From Pirellulales bacterium (GTDB lineage Bacteria; Planctomycetota; Planctomycetia; Pirellulales; UBA1268), in the NCBI GenBank assembly GCA_049695995.1, contig JBAVTF010000115.1, forward strand, positions 1,669 to 65,668: 64,000 nucleotides of DNA. The letters run 5' to 3'. The notes beneath the pieces are model-generated. The model was given only the letters and a program-made list of their open reading frames with translations. It was not told the DNA's origin and did no database searches. The position numbers and the translations under genes were made by a program. Each line of letters begins with the position of its first letter. Position 1 is the first letter of the stretch. Positions 30,046 through 38,507 of this stretch are shown here, piece by piece.

Positions 30046-30451
30046 ATGACGACCACACCCCGCTGTGTTTCGCTCACTGGCCGCACGGCGGTCGAGCAGC
30101 GGCTCAGGTCGGTGGACATCATCGTGCGCAACGGCCACCTCCCCAGCCGCTCAAGCCGATCGAGGAATATGACTGGGACTTCTACTTGCAAATGCTCGAC
30201 TTCTTCGTGAAGAGCCCCTCGCTCTTGGTTCGCCGGGCGTTGCCGGGCATGAAAGCGCGGCGGCACGTCAGTTCATCAATATCACGAGCGAAGTGTTTCA
30301 TCTCGGCGTCGCCCCCTTCGGCATCACGGTCAACATGATCGCTCCGGGGTGGATCCCAGTGGAGCGGCATGAGAACGACCCCTAGGCCGACAAGGATGCC
30401 TTCGTGACCGGCCAGACGATCGCCGTCAACGGCGGCCGCACCTGCTGGTAG
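30046..30451 (+). pseudogene. Decayed short-chain dehydrogenase/reductase (SDR) gene remnant
   Basis: SDR-like pieces lie in different frames. These are VDIIVRNGH (cf. LDILVNNAG), PIEEYDWDFYLQMLDFFVKSPSLLVRRALPGMKARRHG and LGVAPFGITVNMIAPGWIPVE. An in-frame TAG follows, and then FVTGQTIAVNGG. The N-terminal Rossmann motif is missing. Confidence 0.55.
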
Positions 30452-30484
30452 TGCGGGTCACGCGCCTGCGTCGTCGAGGCGACG

Positions 30485-32518
30485 TCAATCGCTTTTCTTC
30501 GCAGCAACGCGGAAACCGAAGTGTCGGTTCGCTTTTTCTACGACTCCCCGCACCCGGAATCCGGAATTCGGCGGCGGAGCCCCCTCCCACCAGAAGCCAC
30601 CGCGAATGATGCCGTGGCTGTGCGAAAAGTTCCCTTTTGGCTCCACCCATTCCGCTACGTTGCCGCTCATGCAGTGACAGCCATACGCACTGGTTGCATT
30701 CGGAAACAGGTCGACCGGGGCGAGGTTGTCCCAGGAATCACCCCCCCAGCCCCAGTTGGCGATGTTGGGAAGCTCCAGCGATTTGCGATCCATCTGCGCC
30801 TGTCCCAGAGCCTTCCAGCGGTACGGATTCTCGTTCGAACGGGTCGCAAATGCCCAATAGCCGCCACCCGCGGCAAACGCCGGGTCGTAGTAGGCCGCCT
30901 TGTACCACTCGTCTTCGTTCGGCAGAAAGAAGCGTGCATTCTTTTCACGGGGCACGCGCTGGTCGTGCATGCCGTTCAGGGCGTAGGCGCCCGTCTCGGT
31001 GCTGGCGTTGCCTTGGCCGTTGTGGAGCCAGTTGCAGAATCGGGCTGCAGACGTCCAGCTCACGCAACCGATCGGCCTTCGGGGATCCAGCATCACTGCC
31101 GCGGCCGTATGGGCGGCGGGCGCTTCGCCGATGACGTGGTACGAGTAGCCGCCGTCGGTTCCAAACCGCTCGATGGCAACGATGCTCGAATCATTCGTCA
31201 TTTTCTCCTTGTACAAGCCGTAAGGGTCACTTTTGGCGACATGATTGAGAAACACGCAATATTGCTCGATCGTGATTTCGTAACGCCCGATCATGTACTC
31301 GTAATCGACCCTGCCGAAGCCGTTGGCATCGGCAGGGTTGCCGGCGTCGCCGACCGTCACGAAGTCGACGACCACGTCGCGGCCTGCGTCTCCCGTGAAC
31401 GCGGGCTTTCCTCGCCTGGAATCGACCGTGACGCGATTGGTGAATCCCAACAACGACACCGCGGCGAGCAGTAGGCTCACTGCCGCTGCAGCAGTGAGCG
31501 GCACACGCCAGGGATTCTTCAGAGAATGTCTGATCGCCGCCGCAAACTCGGCGGCGGACCCAAACCGCTGGCCCGGGTCCTTGCACAGCGCCTTCCGGCA
31601 AGCGAACACGAGTCTTTTCGGTACATCCTTGGAGAGCGTCGCACCACGGTCGATCTCGCGATGCAGCGCCCGCGGTTCGGTGGCGGAGTAGGGCGGCTTG
31701 CCGGACGTTGCCTCGTGGAGCACCACCGCGAGGCTGTAGATGTCGCTCTGGGGAACGGCGGGCTGTCCGGCAAGCTGTTCAGGGGCCATGTACAGCAGGG
31801 TGCCTACGCTCGAGGCACTCGCCCCCTCGATCAGCGCTGACTGCGCGATTCCGAAGTCCGCCAGGAGAGCCCGGCCATGAGTGTCAATGAGGATATTCGC
31901 CGGCTTCACGTCTCGGTGGACGATCCCGAAACGGTGGGCGTGATCCAACGCCTCTGCGATCGAGACGATCCAGCGACACGCCTGAGCAGCGGGAATCTTG
32001 CCGTTCTTCAGCCGATCGGCGAGTGATCCGTCCTCTACATACTCGGTGACGAAGTAACAAGTCCCTTCATCCAGCCGGACATCGTAGACGGGAAGAATCG
32101 CCGGATGTTTGAGTTGGGCGACTCGGCGGGCTTCTGCAAGAAATTCCTCCGCTGTGCCGACCGCAGTTCGCTTGGGAATCTTGACGGCGATGATCCGCTG
32201 CAGGTCGGTATCGAAGGCCCTCCAGACCTGGGCAAAGCCCCCTTCGGCGACGAGGTCATCGAGGCGGTAGCGGCCGTTGAGCGCCCACCCCTGAAGCGGC
32301 TGGATGGCGATGGCCGGTGGAGCACCCGCCGGCGGCTGCGGGTCATTGAGCCAATCGGTCACCTTCATGGCGGCGATCCGTCTGGTCAACTCCTCCGCAA
32401 GATGCGGACAGTCTTTGCACAGCTCCCTGGCCGGTGTGTCTTGCCCTAGTTCGTACAGCTCCTCCCAATGAATGAGCAACTCCGCCAGCAACTCCTCATC
32501 GTCGGGCATCATCATCAT
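30485..32518 (-). CDS. Ser/Thr protein kinase fused to a C-terminal FGE/SUMF1-type (formylglycine-generating enzyme family) domain
   Basis: The kinase motifs are AVKIPK, HRDVKPANILID, LADFGIA and YMAPE. One TM segment follows. The SUMF1-like region is YEITIEQYCVFLN...CVSWTSAARFCNWL...LPNEDEWYKAAY...GNVAEWVE...RGGFWW. The gene starts in an (ATG)4 run. Confidence 0.85.
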   Translation of the reverse strand: MMMMPDDEELLAELLIHWEELYELGQDTPARELCKDCPHLAEELTRRIAAMKVTDWLNDPQPPAGAPPAIAIQPLQGWALNGRYRLDDLVAEGGFAQVWRAFDTDLQRIIAVKIPKRTAVGTAEEFLAEARRVAQLKHPAILPVYDVRLDEGTCYFVTEYVEDGSLADRLKNGKIPAAQACRWIVSIAEALDHAHRFGIVHRDVKPANILIDTHGRALLADFGIAQSALIEGASASSVGTLLYMAPEQLAGQPAVPQSDIYSLAVVLHEATSGKPPYSATEPRALHREIDRGATLSKDVPKRLVFACRKALCKDPGQRFGSAAEFAAAIRHSLKNPWRVPLTAAAAVSLLLAAVSLLGFTNRVTVDSRRGKPAFTGDAGRDVVVDFVTVGDAGNPADANGFGRVDYEYMIGRYEITIEQYCVFLNHVAKSDPYGLYKEKMTNDSSIVAIERFGTDGGYSYHVIGEAPAAHTAAAVMLDPRRPIGCVSWTSAARFCNWLHNGQGNASTETGAYALNGMHDQRVPREKNARFFLPNEDEWYKAAYYDPAFAAGGGYWAFATRSNENPYRWKALGQAQMDRKSLELPNIANWGWGGDSWDNLAPVDLFPNATSAYGCHCMSGNVAEWVEPKGNFSHSHGIIRGGFWWEGAPPPNSGFRVRGVVEKANRHFGFRVAAKKSD

Positions 32519-33110
32519 TGCTATTTCCGTTGAGCGCGAGACGAGCAGACTGCCAGCGGCGTTTGACCGTACGCACGTTGACGCCGAGCACGTGGGCCGC
32601 CTCTTCCTGGGTCAGTGCGTCATAGAAGAGCAGGCTGACGACTTCGCGTTCGTCATCCGGAAGCATCTCGACAAGCGTGTGGAACCGAGTCCATTGCGCC
32701 AGGTCCTCTGGCTCGTCGGCCGCCGCATGCAGCGATCCCCCGGACTCGTCCGGGGCCTGCAGGTCGGTGTGATGGTTGGCCGCGATTCCCTCCGCGCCGA
32801 AGTGCTTGCGGGCGGTGTCGATGAGTTCCCGGCGAATCTGTAGGGCGGCAAGATTGAAAAAGTGCCGCACCGACTCGACTTTCGTCCGCTCCAGCGCCTT
32901 CTGGAGCCGCAGCATGCTGTTCTGGAATATGTCGTCGGTCTGTTCCCAGCGCCGCAGGGTGCCGGACCCGTGGAACATCTTTCTCGTAAGCCGAAACAGT
33001 CGGTCGCATGCATGATCGAACAGCGCCTCCTTCGAGGCCTCATCGCCGGTGCACGCCCTCTCGATCAGCCCCTGGATGTGGGTGTCGGTGCCGACGGTCC
33101 GTCCTGCCAT
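32496..33110 (-). CDS. ECF sigma factor (planctomycete kinase-associated type)
   Basis: The pattern is ...LFRLTRKMF...WEQTDDIFQNSMLRL...LPDDEREVVSLLFYDALTQEEAAHVLGVNVRTVKRRWQSAR. Its 3' end overlaps the kinase start by 23 nt. Confidence 0.85.
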   Translation of the reverse strand: MAGRTVGTDTHIQGLIERACTGDEASKEALFDHACDRLFRLTRKMFHGSGTLRRWEQTDDIFQNSMLRLQKALERTKVESVRHFFNLAALQIRRELIDTARKHFGAEGIAANHHTDLQAPDESGGSLHAAADEPEDLAQWTRFHTLVEMLPDDEREVVSLLFYDALTQEEAAHVLGVNVRTVKRRWQSARLALNGNSNDDDARR

Positions 33111-33354
33111 GCCCGAAGTTCTCTGGGGGAGCCCCTCACAGGGGGCCCCTAGAGAATACAGGCCGAAAAAACGGCGGTCAGCACCACCGGGCAGCTATGC
33201 GAGAGGAAACATGATCGGGGGACACAACGCCTCCGTTGTCCCCTTTTGTGCCTGGCTTCCGTATGGCAACGAGGAGCCGGTTCTGTGTGACGGCTGGCGT
33301 GTCGTTCGCCGTCGTCACGAGCCCCATCAGCACTCGCACAGGAGGTGTCGTCGT

Positions 33355-34119
33355 ATGAAAGTCTCTCACCGTTTGCATGTCGCCGCGATTGGTCGTGGCA
33401 TCGCCTGCTCCCCGGCGACGGCCCTGCTGCTCTGGGCCATGACCGCATGTGGCGATGGGCTCACACCTGAAGTGACGGCGCCGGTCATGGAATTCAGAGC
33501 GAAAAGACTCGCCATCGAAGCCAGGGCAGCGGCGGACACGACGAAAGAACTTCAGGTGCTGACGAAAAAGCTGGAGAAACTCAGCAAAGGCGGCAACGGC
33601 AACCCGAAGGTGAGCGAGCAGGCGTCCGCAATTCTCAAAGAGGTCGAAGATCCGACGTTTCTGGTCGCGGGGATCAACAGGCTCATGAACAGTGTCGAGG
33701 GCGGGGTGACTGGGCAGCAAGCGCACGTCATCAATCTTGCATACCAGCAGCGACGGGTGACGGCCGACGATTGGATGAAACTGCCGGGCGATGCATTGAA
33801 GGTAAGCCTGGCCGGAGTAGACACGGCCATCGATGTGCAGCCCGGGGACTTCATTCTGGTCTGTCCTCATCCGGACCAGAAATGGCGAACAAGCAGAGGC
33901 TCTTCCTGGTCGACATTCGACGGGGATGGCAACGCCGCGCAGGTGCTCGTCGCCACGATCACGAGCGAAAACAATCCGCAGAAGGTCTCATTGACGCGGG
34001 ACAACGGCGTGCTGTTCGAGTGCGGCGTGAAAGGGCACCTGCACCTGGGTTCAAAGGCTCCTCGACGTGGCAACGAGGGCAGCATCGAATGCAAAGTCTT
34101 CAAGATAACGCAACGCTGA
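33355..34119 (+). CDS. Hypothetical lipoprotein (lower-GC gene)
   Basis: An SD (CAGGAGG) lies 8 nt before ATG 33355. The signal peptide ends in WAMTAC. A coiled-coil-like N-terminal segment is present. I recognised no family. Confidence 0.5.
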   Translation: MKVSHRLHVAAIGRGIACSPATALLLWAMTACGDGLTPEVTAPVMEFRAKRLAIEARAAADTTKELQVLTKKLEKLSKGGNGNPKVSEQASAILKEVEDPTFLVAGINRLMNSVEGGVTGQQAHVINLAYQQRRVTADDWMKLPGDALKVSLAGVDTAIDVQPGDFILVCPHPDQKWRTSRGSSWSTFDGDGNAAQVLVATITSENNPQKVSLTRDNGVLFECGVKGHLHLGSKAPRRGNEGSIECKVFKITQR

Positions 34120-34162
34120 CCGGTGCCACTCGCTCGTGCCCGATGCCGGGAAAGGAGCCCGG

Positions 34163-35575
34163 TCACGCGTCGTAATACAAGCAGAACTCGTACGGGTGCG
34201 GGCGGAGCCGCATGGGGGCGATTTCCTTCTCGCGCTTCCACTTCAGCCAGGTGGCGATCACGTCGTCGGTGAAGACGTCGCCGCGGAGGAGGAAATCGCT
34301 GTCGCGCTCGAGCGCGTCGAGCGCCTCATCGAGCGAGCCCGGAGCCTTCGGCACGTTTGCCAGCTCTTCCGGCGGCATGTCGTAGATGTCGCGGTCGAGC
34401 GGCTCGCCGGGATGGATCTTGTTTTGGATGCCGTCGATCGCGGCCAGCAGAATCGCCGCAAACGTCAGGTAGGGATTGCAGGTGGGGTCGGGACAGCGGA
34501 ACTCCACTCGCTTCGTCTTCGGGCTCGCCGAATACATCGGGATCCGGCAGCTGGCCGAACGGTTGCGCTGCGAGTAGGCGAGATTCATCGGTGCCTCGTA
34601 GCCAGGTACGAGTCGCTTGTAGCTGTTGGTGGTGGGGTTGGAGATCGCGAGGATCGCCGGGGAGTGGCGGAGGATGCCGCCGATCGCATGGAGTGCCATG
34701 TCGGAGAGCCCGGCGTAGCCCGTGCCGGCGAAGAGCGGGTGGCCATCCTTCCAGAGCGAGAGATGGGTGTGCATCCCCGAGCCGCTGTCGCCGAAGATTG
34801 GTTTGGGCATGAACGTAGCTGTCTTGCCATGCCGCCGGGCCACGTTTCGCACGATGTACTTGTAGAGGCAGACCTGGTCGGCCATGCGGACGAGTTCCTG
34901 AAACCGCATGTCGATCTCGCACTGGCCCGCCGTGGCCACCTCGTGGTGCTGGGCCTCCACGTCGATGCCGCACTGGATCATCGTGAGCATCATCTCGTTG
35001 CGGAGATCCATGAGTTGGTCGGAAGGCGGGCAGGGGGCGTAGCCTTCCTTGTGCCGCAACTTGTAGCCAAGGTTCGGACCCTCGGCCCGGCCGCGGTTCC
35101 ACTCGGCCTCGACCGAGTCGAGATGGAAGAAGCCCTCGTGGGCGTTCTGGTCGAACCGCACGTCGTCGAACACGAAGAACTCGGCCTCAGGGCCGATGAA
35201 GCAGGTGTCGGCGATGCCGGTGCTCTTGAGGTAGTTCACCGCCTTGCGGGCGATGTTGCGGGGGTCGCGGGAGTAGTCCTCCCGCGTGATCGGGTCCTGC
35301 ACCATGCAGATCATCACGAGTGTGGGGATCTGCGCGAACGGATCGACGACGGCGGTGTCGGGCACTGGCACGAGGAGCATGTCGCTCTCGTTGACCGCCT
35401 GCCAGCCGCGGATGCTCGAGCCGTCGAAGCCGAGGCCGTCGGAAAACGTGTCTTCCTCGAGCTTGCCGACCGGGATCGTGTAGTGCTGCCAGGCCCCGAG
35501 AAAATCGGTGAACCTGAGATCGACCGCCTTCACTTCCTTCTCGCGGCACATCGCGAGCACTTCACGGGGCGTCAT
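34163..35575 (-). CDS. glnA: Glutamine synthetase type I
   Basis: Visible motifs are [34 protein letters not shown] and [13 protein letters not shown]. The length is 470 aa from ATG 35575. Confidence 0.95.
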   Translation of the reverse strand: MTPREVLAMCREKEVKAVDLRFTDFLGAWQHYTIPVGKLEEDTFSDGLGFDGSSIRGWQAVNESDMLLVPVPDTAVVDPFAQIPTLVMICMVQDPITREDYSRDPRNIARKAVNYLKSTGIADTCFIGPEAEFFVFDDVRFDQNAHEGFFHLDSVEAEWNRGRAEGPNLGYKLRHKEGYAPCPPSDQLMDLRNEMMLTMIQCGIDVEAQHHEVATAGQCEIDMRFQELVRMADQVCLYKYIVRNVARRHGKTATFMPKPIFGDSGSGMHTHLSLWKDGHPLFAGTGYAGLSDMALHAIGGILRHSPAILAISNPTTNSYKRLVPGYEAPMNLAYSQRNRSASCRIPMYSASPKTKRVEFRCPDPTCNPYLTFAAILLAAIDGIQNKIHPGEPLDRDIYDMPPEELANVPKAPGSLDEALDALERDSDFLLRGDVFTDDVIATWLKWKREKEIAPMRLRPHPYEFCLYYDA

Positions 35576-35797
35576 GGGATTCTCCTGGGAAGTACCAATC
35601 GTACCTCCCCTCGGGCGATCACACGACGCCGGGCGGTCGCCGGCCGGGCCGTAGGCGATCCTGTCAGGCACGGTTCAGGTGGAGCGGACCCCGGGTTTGG
35701 GCACCCTGATACGGTGGAGTTTTTTGGGTGGGAGGCACCCGATCAGGAGCAGCATGATGGACGGGAAAGGGCGATTATACGGTTGCCGGAACAAGTA

Positions 35798-36667
35798 TCA
35801 CGTAGCACCAGGCTTTCGTGCATCGACATCTGCCGCCGGCTTTTTCGCGATCAAACTGATGACCACGTGCTTGCCCCCTTCCCGCATCACTCCCAGAAAG
35901 ATGCGATACGTTTTTTCCCCCTTCAGTGTGCCCGAGACCTCGATGCCGCGATTGCCCGTCTCGTCGCCGATGATGATGAACTCCTTGTCCCACTCCACCA
36001 CGGCATTCTTGAATCGCGGCAGATAGTTCTCGGTGTATTTGTCGTGAATGCTCTCGAGGCCGTGGATGGCGATCGTGAGTGGGCTCGTCAATGCCATCAT
36101 GTTGTGCACGCGTCCTTTGATGGCATGATCCGCAAACGCCTTCGCAGTCGCGATATACCGCTCGGAGTCAGCTCGCACGACGGCGTCGAGAGCGTCCTGG
36201 GGCAACGCACGCATCGCGGCAGCCCGTTCGCCGTCGCCTGTGCGTTCGATGACGCCTCCCGGGACGGCAGCGGAATCTTCGACGACCCATGTGGCACCGC
36301 CTTGACCGTCTTCCAGGAAGAGTAGATCGAACCGTCCCACCGCGGCTTTCTCATCGGTCAGGAACCACCGCTCGCGCCAGCATTGGGCCCCGACACGTCC
36401 GGCCGGGGCTTGCACGACGAACATCTCCTCTTTTGCGGGCTTGGTCATGCCCAGGAGCACGGCTTGCACGAAGACGCCGTCGTGGGCGTCGTGGATCAGC
36501 GTGGCATTCGCGAGCGTGCCTTTGTGGATCGTGCCATCGGGCAGCAGGGCCTCGTGGTTGTCCTTGCGGATGGCCTGACCCGGCGTCGCGGCGGGCTGTG
36601 CGGTGGCAATGCCGGCAGCGGCAGCCAGCCAGCCGCACACGAGCGTGGAAAGTGTGGAACGGCGCAT
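35798..36667 (-). CDS. Hypothetical secreted protein
   Basis: A signal peptide (MRRSTLSTLVCGWLAAAAGIATAQP) is present. I recognised no family. It lies 33 nt downstream of the ankyrin gene on the same strand. Confidence 0.5.
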   Translation of the reverse strand: MRRSTLSTLVCGWLAAAAGIATAQPAATPGQAIRKDNHEALLPDGTIHKGTLANATLIHDAHDGVFVQAVLLGMTKPAKEEMFVVQAPAGRVGAQCWRERWFLTDEKAAVGRFDLLFLEDGQGGATWVVEDSAAVPGGVIERTGDGERAAAMRALPQDALDAVVRADSERYIATAKAFADHAIKGRVHNMMALTSPLTIAIHGLESIHDKYTENYLPRFKNAVVEWDKEFIIIGDETGNRGIEVSGTLKGEKTYRIFLGVMREGGKHVVISLIAKKPAADVDARKPGAT

Positions 36668-36700
36668 GAGCAAGGGATATCCTGCGGGTGATGGAAGCAC

Positions 36701-37654
36701 TCACCGCTGCTTGGGGCGGTTGGCTTCGCGTTCGAGGCGATCAAGTTCACGGATCGCCTGGCCGGCTTCGGAGTTGGGGGCATGTTCGATGACGGTGATG
36801 CCGGGCGGGCTGCCTTCAAACCCGGGCGGAGTGGGCTTCGGCTTGTCGGCCTCGATGATGTCCTGGTGTGTCAGCAGGCCACGTTTGACGAGTTCGTCGA
36901 CGATGGCCTCGAAGCTCTTCTCGTGACCCTTCCAGACCCCGGCAGTCCCGTATTGCCTCAAGCCCCAGACAAAATCATGGCCGCTTTTGTCTTTGATCGT
37001 CGGATTAGCGCCGTGATTCAGCAGAAACCAGGCCATGTTGTAATCGCACCCCCTACCCGCATCGGCGAGCGGCGTGTACCCGGCGACGCTGGTGCGGTCG
37101 ATGTCGGCGCCATGATCGAGCAGCGCAGCGGCCACGGGGATTGAGCTTGCTTGAACGGCAAAGAACAGGAGCGATCGACTGTCGAACGGGCCGGGAAACG
37201 GAACGTAGTCGGGATCCAAGCTCTGTCGCAAAGCGGCCGTGATGAACGCGGGGTCTTCGGAGGCCAGAGCCTTTTCGAGGACCGTGACAATACGCACTTC
37301 TTGAGGCGCCTGGGCAGGATCGCAGACGGGAGCATTAATGTCGGCTCCGCGCTCGAGGAGCCCTTCAAAGCCCGCCGTGTTGCCCCTTGCCAGGGCCCAG
37401 TAGAGAAGCCGGCACCCATGTCGGCCAACGGCATTCACATCGGCCCCGGCCTGCACGGCGGCGGCGATGGCGATTCGGTCGCCGCGCTCTACGGCAACGG
37501 CGAGTCGCGTGACGACCGGATCGGCTGAGAATGTATCTCCCCTGATGCGTTCGGGTGGTGCCTCCCACAGCGCATCGCGGACATCGTTGCAACCGGTCAG
37601 CCAAGCCAGGGCCGGGACCATTATCATCATCATCATAGCGAGCGAGTGTCTCAT
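36701..37654 (-). CDS. Ankyrin-repeat lipoprotein
   Basis: The signal peptide with lipobox is MMMMIMVPALAWLTGC. Ankyrin units repeat (GADVNAVGRHGCRLLYWALARGN, LLERGADINA, LLDHGADIDRTSVAGYTPLADA, LLNHGANPTIKD). Confidence 0.7.
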   Translation of the reverse strand: MRHSLAMMMMIMVPALAWLTGCNDVRDALWEAPPERIRGDTFSADPVVTRLAVAVERGDRIAIAAAVQAGADVNAVGRHGCRLLYWALARGNTAGFEGLLERGADINAPVCDPAQAPQEVRIVTVLEKALASEDPAFITAALRQSLDPDYVPFPGPFDSRSLLFFAVQASSIPVAAALLDHGADIDRTSVAGYTPLADAGRGCDYNMAWFLLNHGANPTIKDKSGHDFVWGLRQYGTAGVWKGHEKSFEAIVDELVKRGLLTHQDIIEADKPKPTPPGFEGSPPGITVIEHAPNSEAGQAIRELDRLEREANRPKQR

Positions 37655-38115
37655 GTCTGCGAAAGAGCGTGATCAGCGGGGAAGGCCGTCGAGCGAATGG
37701 GTGTTGAGTGACCGAGGCGGATGCACGAAGATCTCGCCTTGAGCCGAGCAAAATTGTTGCAATGCTGGCGGATCGAATAGTTCGAGGCCGTTTTGGATGG
37801 TCCGTAGCACGCTCAATGGATCCCCAAACGTGATGTGGGTGCGAATGGACCCTGGAGTGCCCTTTTCATAGGGGTGCCGGACCTGCGGTGGCGAGCGCGG
37901 GCCATGGAACCTCCTTCGGCCTTCAGGCGGGAGAAGAGGCCGGATATGTGGCGGGCTGTGGATCGTGGTGTGAAATCAATCGCCGGTCATCGCATCCCGA
38001 AGGAGGCGACGATCCAGGAGTCACGAGGGGGGTTCTACTCATCTAGGGGAGGGGGTGTCAAGTATCGCCCCGGCACCCGTCGGCGGTTTCCCTCGTCTGC
38101 GTGCATCGCGAGTCG

Positions 38116-38499
38116 TCAGCGCCACTCGCGGGTCGCAATCCAATTGGTGGCATCGTAAGTCAGAACGACGTGAGTTGACTCACCGGCTTCCGTGATCACG
38201 ATGGAGAGTCGCGTAGCCGCCATGACGTTCGCTGCATCACTCGCCGTCACTGCATACTCGCCTGCGGTGATTCGCCGGGCGAAGCCGCGGCCGCCGGAGA
38301 CCTCGCCGGACTCGTGGTCGAGCCATGCGAGCCGGTGCGGCGGAAGTTCGACGGCAGTGACTGGTGGTCCGCCTGGCACCGGCAGCTCGGCGAGCCTCCA
38401 GGTGCGGCAGGCGTCGCCCGCCTCGAGCAACAAGTCGTAGTGCCGCCCGGCGGGATCGTCTAGGGCGCCGGTGTGTTCGAGGATCGCGAACCGTGGCAT
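38116..38499 (-). CDS. LigD_N-like (DNA polymerase ligase N-terminal / 3'-phosphoesterase-like) small protein
   Basis: The pattern is MPRFAILEH........HYDLLLE.G....TWRL........A..L..HR..WLD.E.GEVSGGRG, as in stand-alone LigD_N domain proteins. It lies 8 nt downstream of thrS. Confidence 0.6.
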   Translation of the reverse strand: MPRFAILEHTGALDDPAGRHYDLLLEAGDACRTWRLAELPVPGGPPVTAVELPPHRLAWLDHESGEVSGGRGFARRITAGEYAVTASDAANVMAATRLSIVITEAGESTHVVLTYDATNWIATREWR

Positions 38500-38507
38500 C
38501 GCAGGTG

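Noticed and set aside
34136-36325. A 729-aa plus-strand ORF, the longest ORF in this part of the window.
   Set aside because: It runs antisense to glnA, which is an unambiguous match, and to the neighbouring hypothetical gene. Its translation is Arg/Ala/Gly/Val-rich and low in complexity, as expected for stop-free antisense frames in high-GC DNA, and I see no motifs.
37835-38158. A 107-aa plus-strand ORF in the large intergenic gap.
   Set aside because: It overlaps the 3' end of the LigD_N-like gene, has no SD and no recognisable motif, and its composition looks random.
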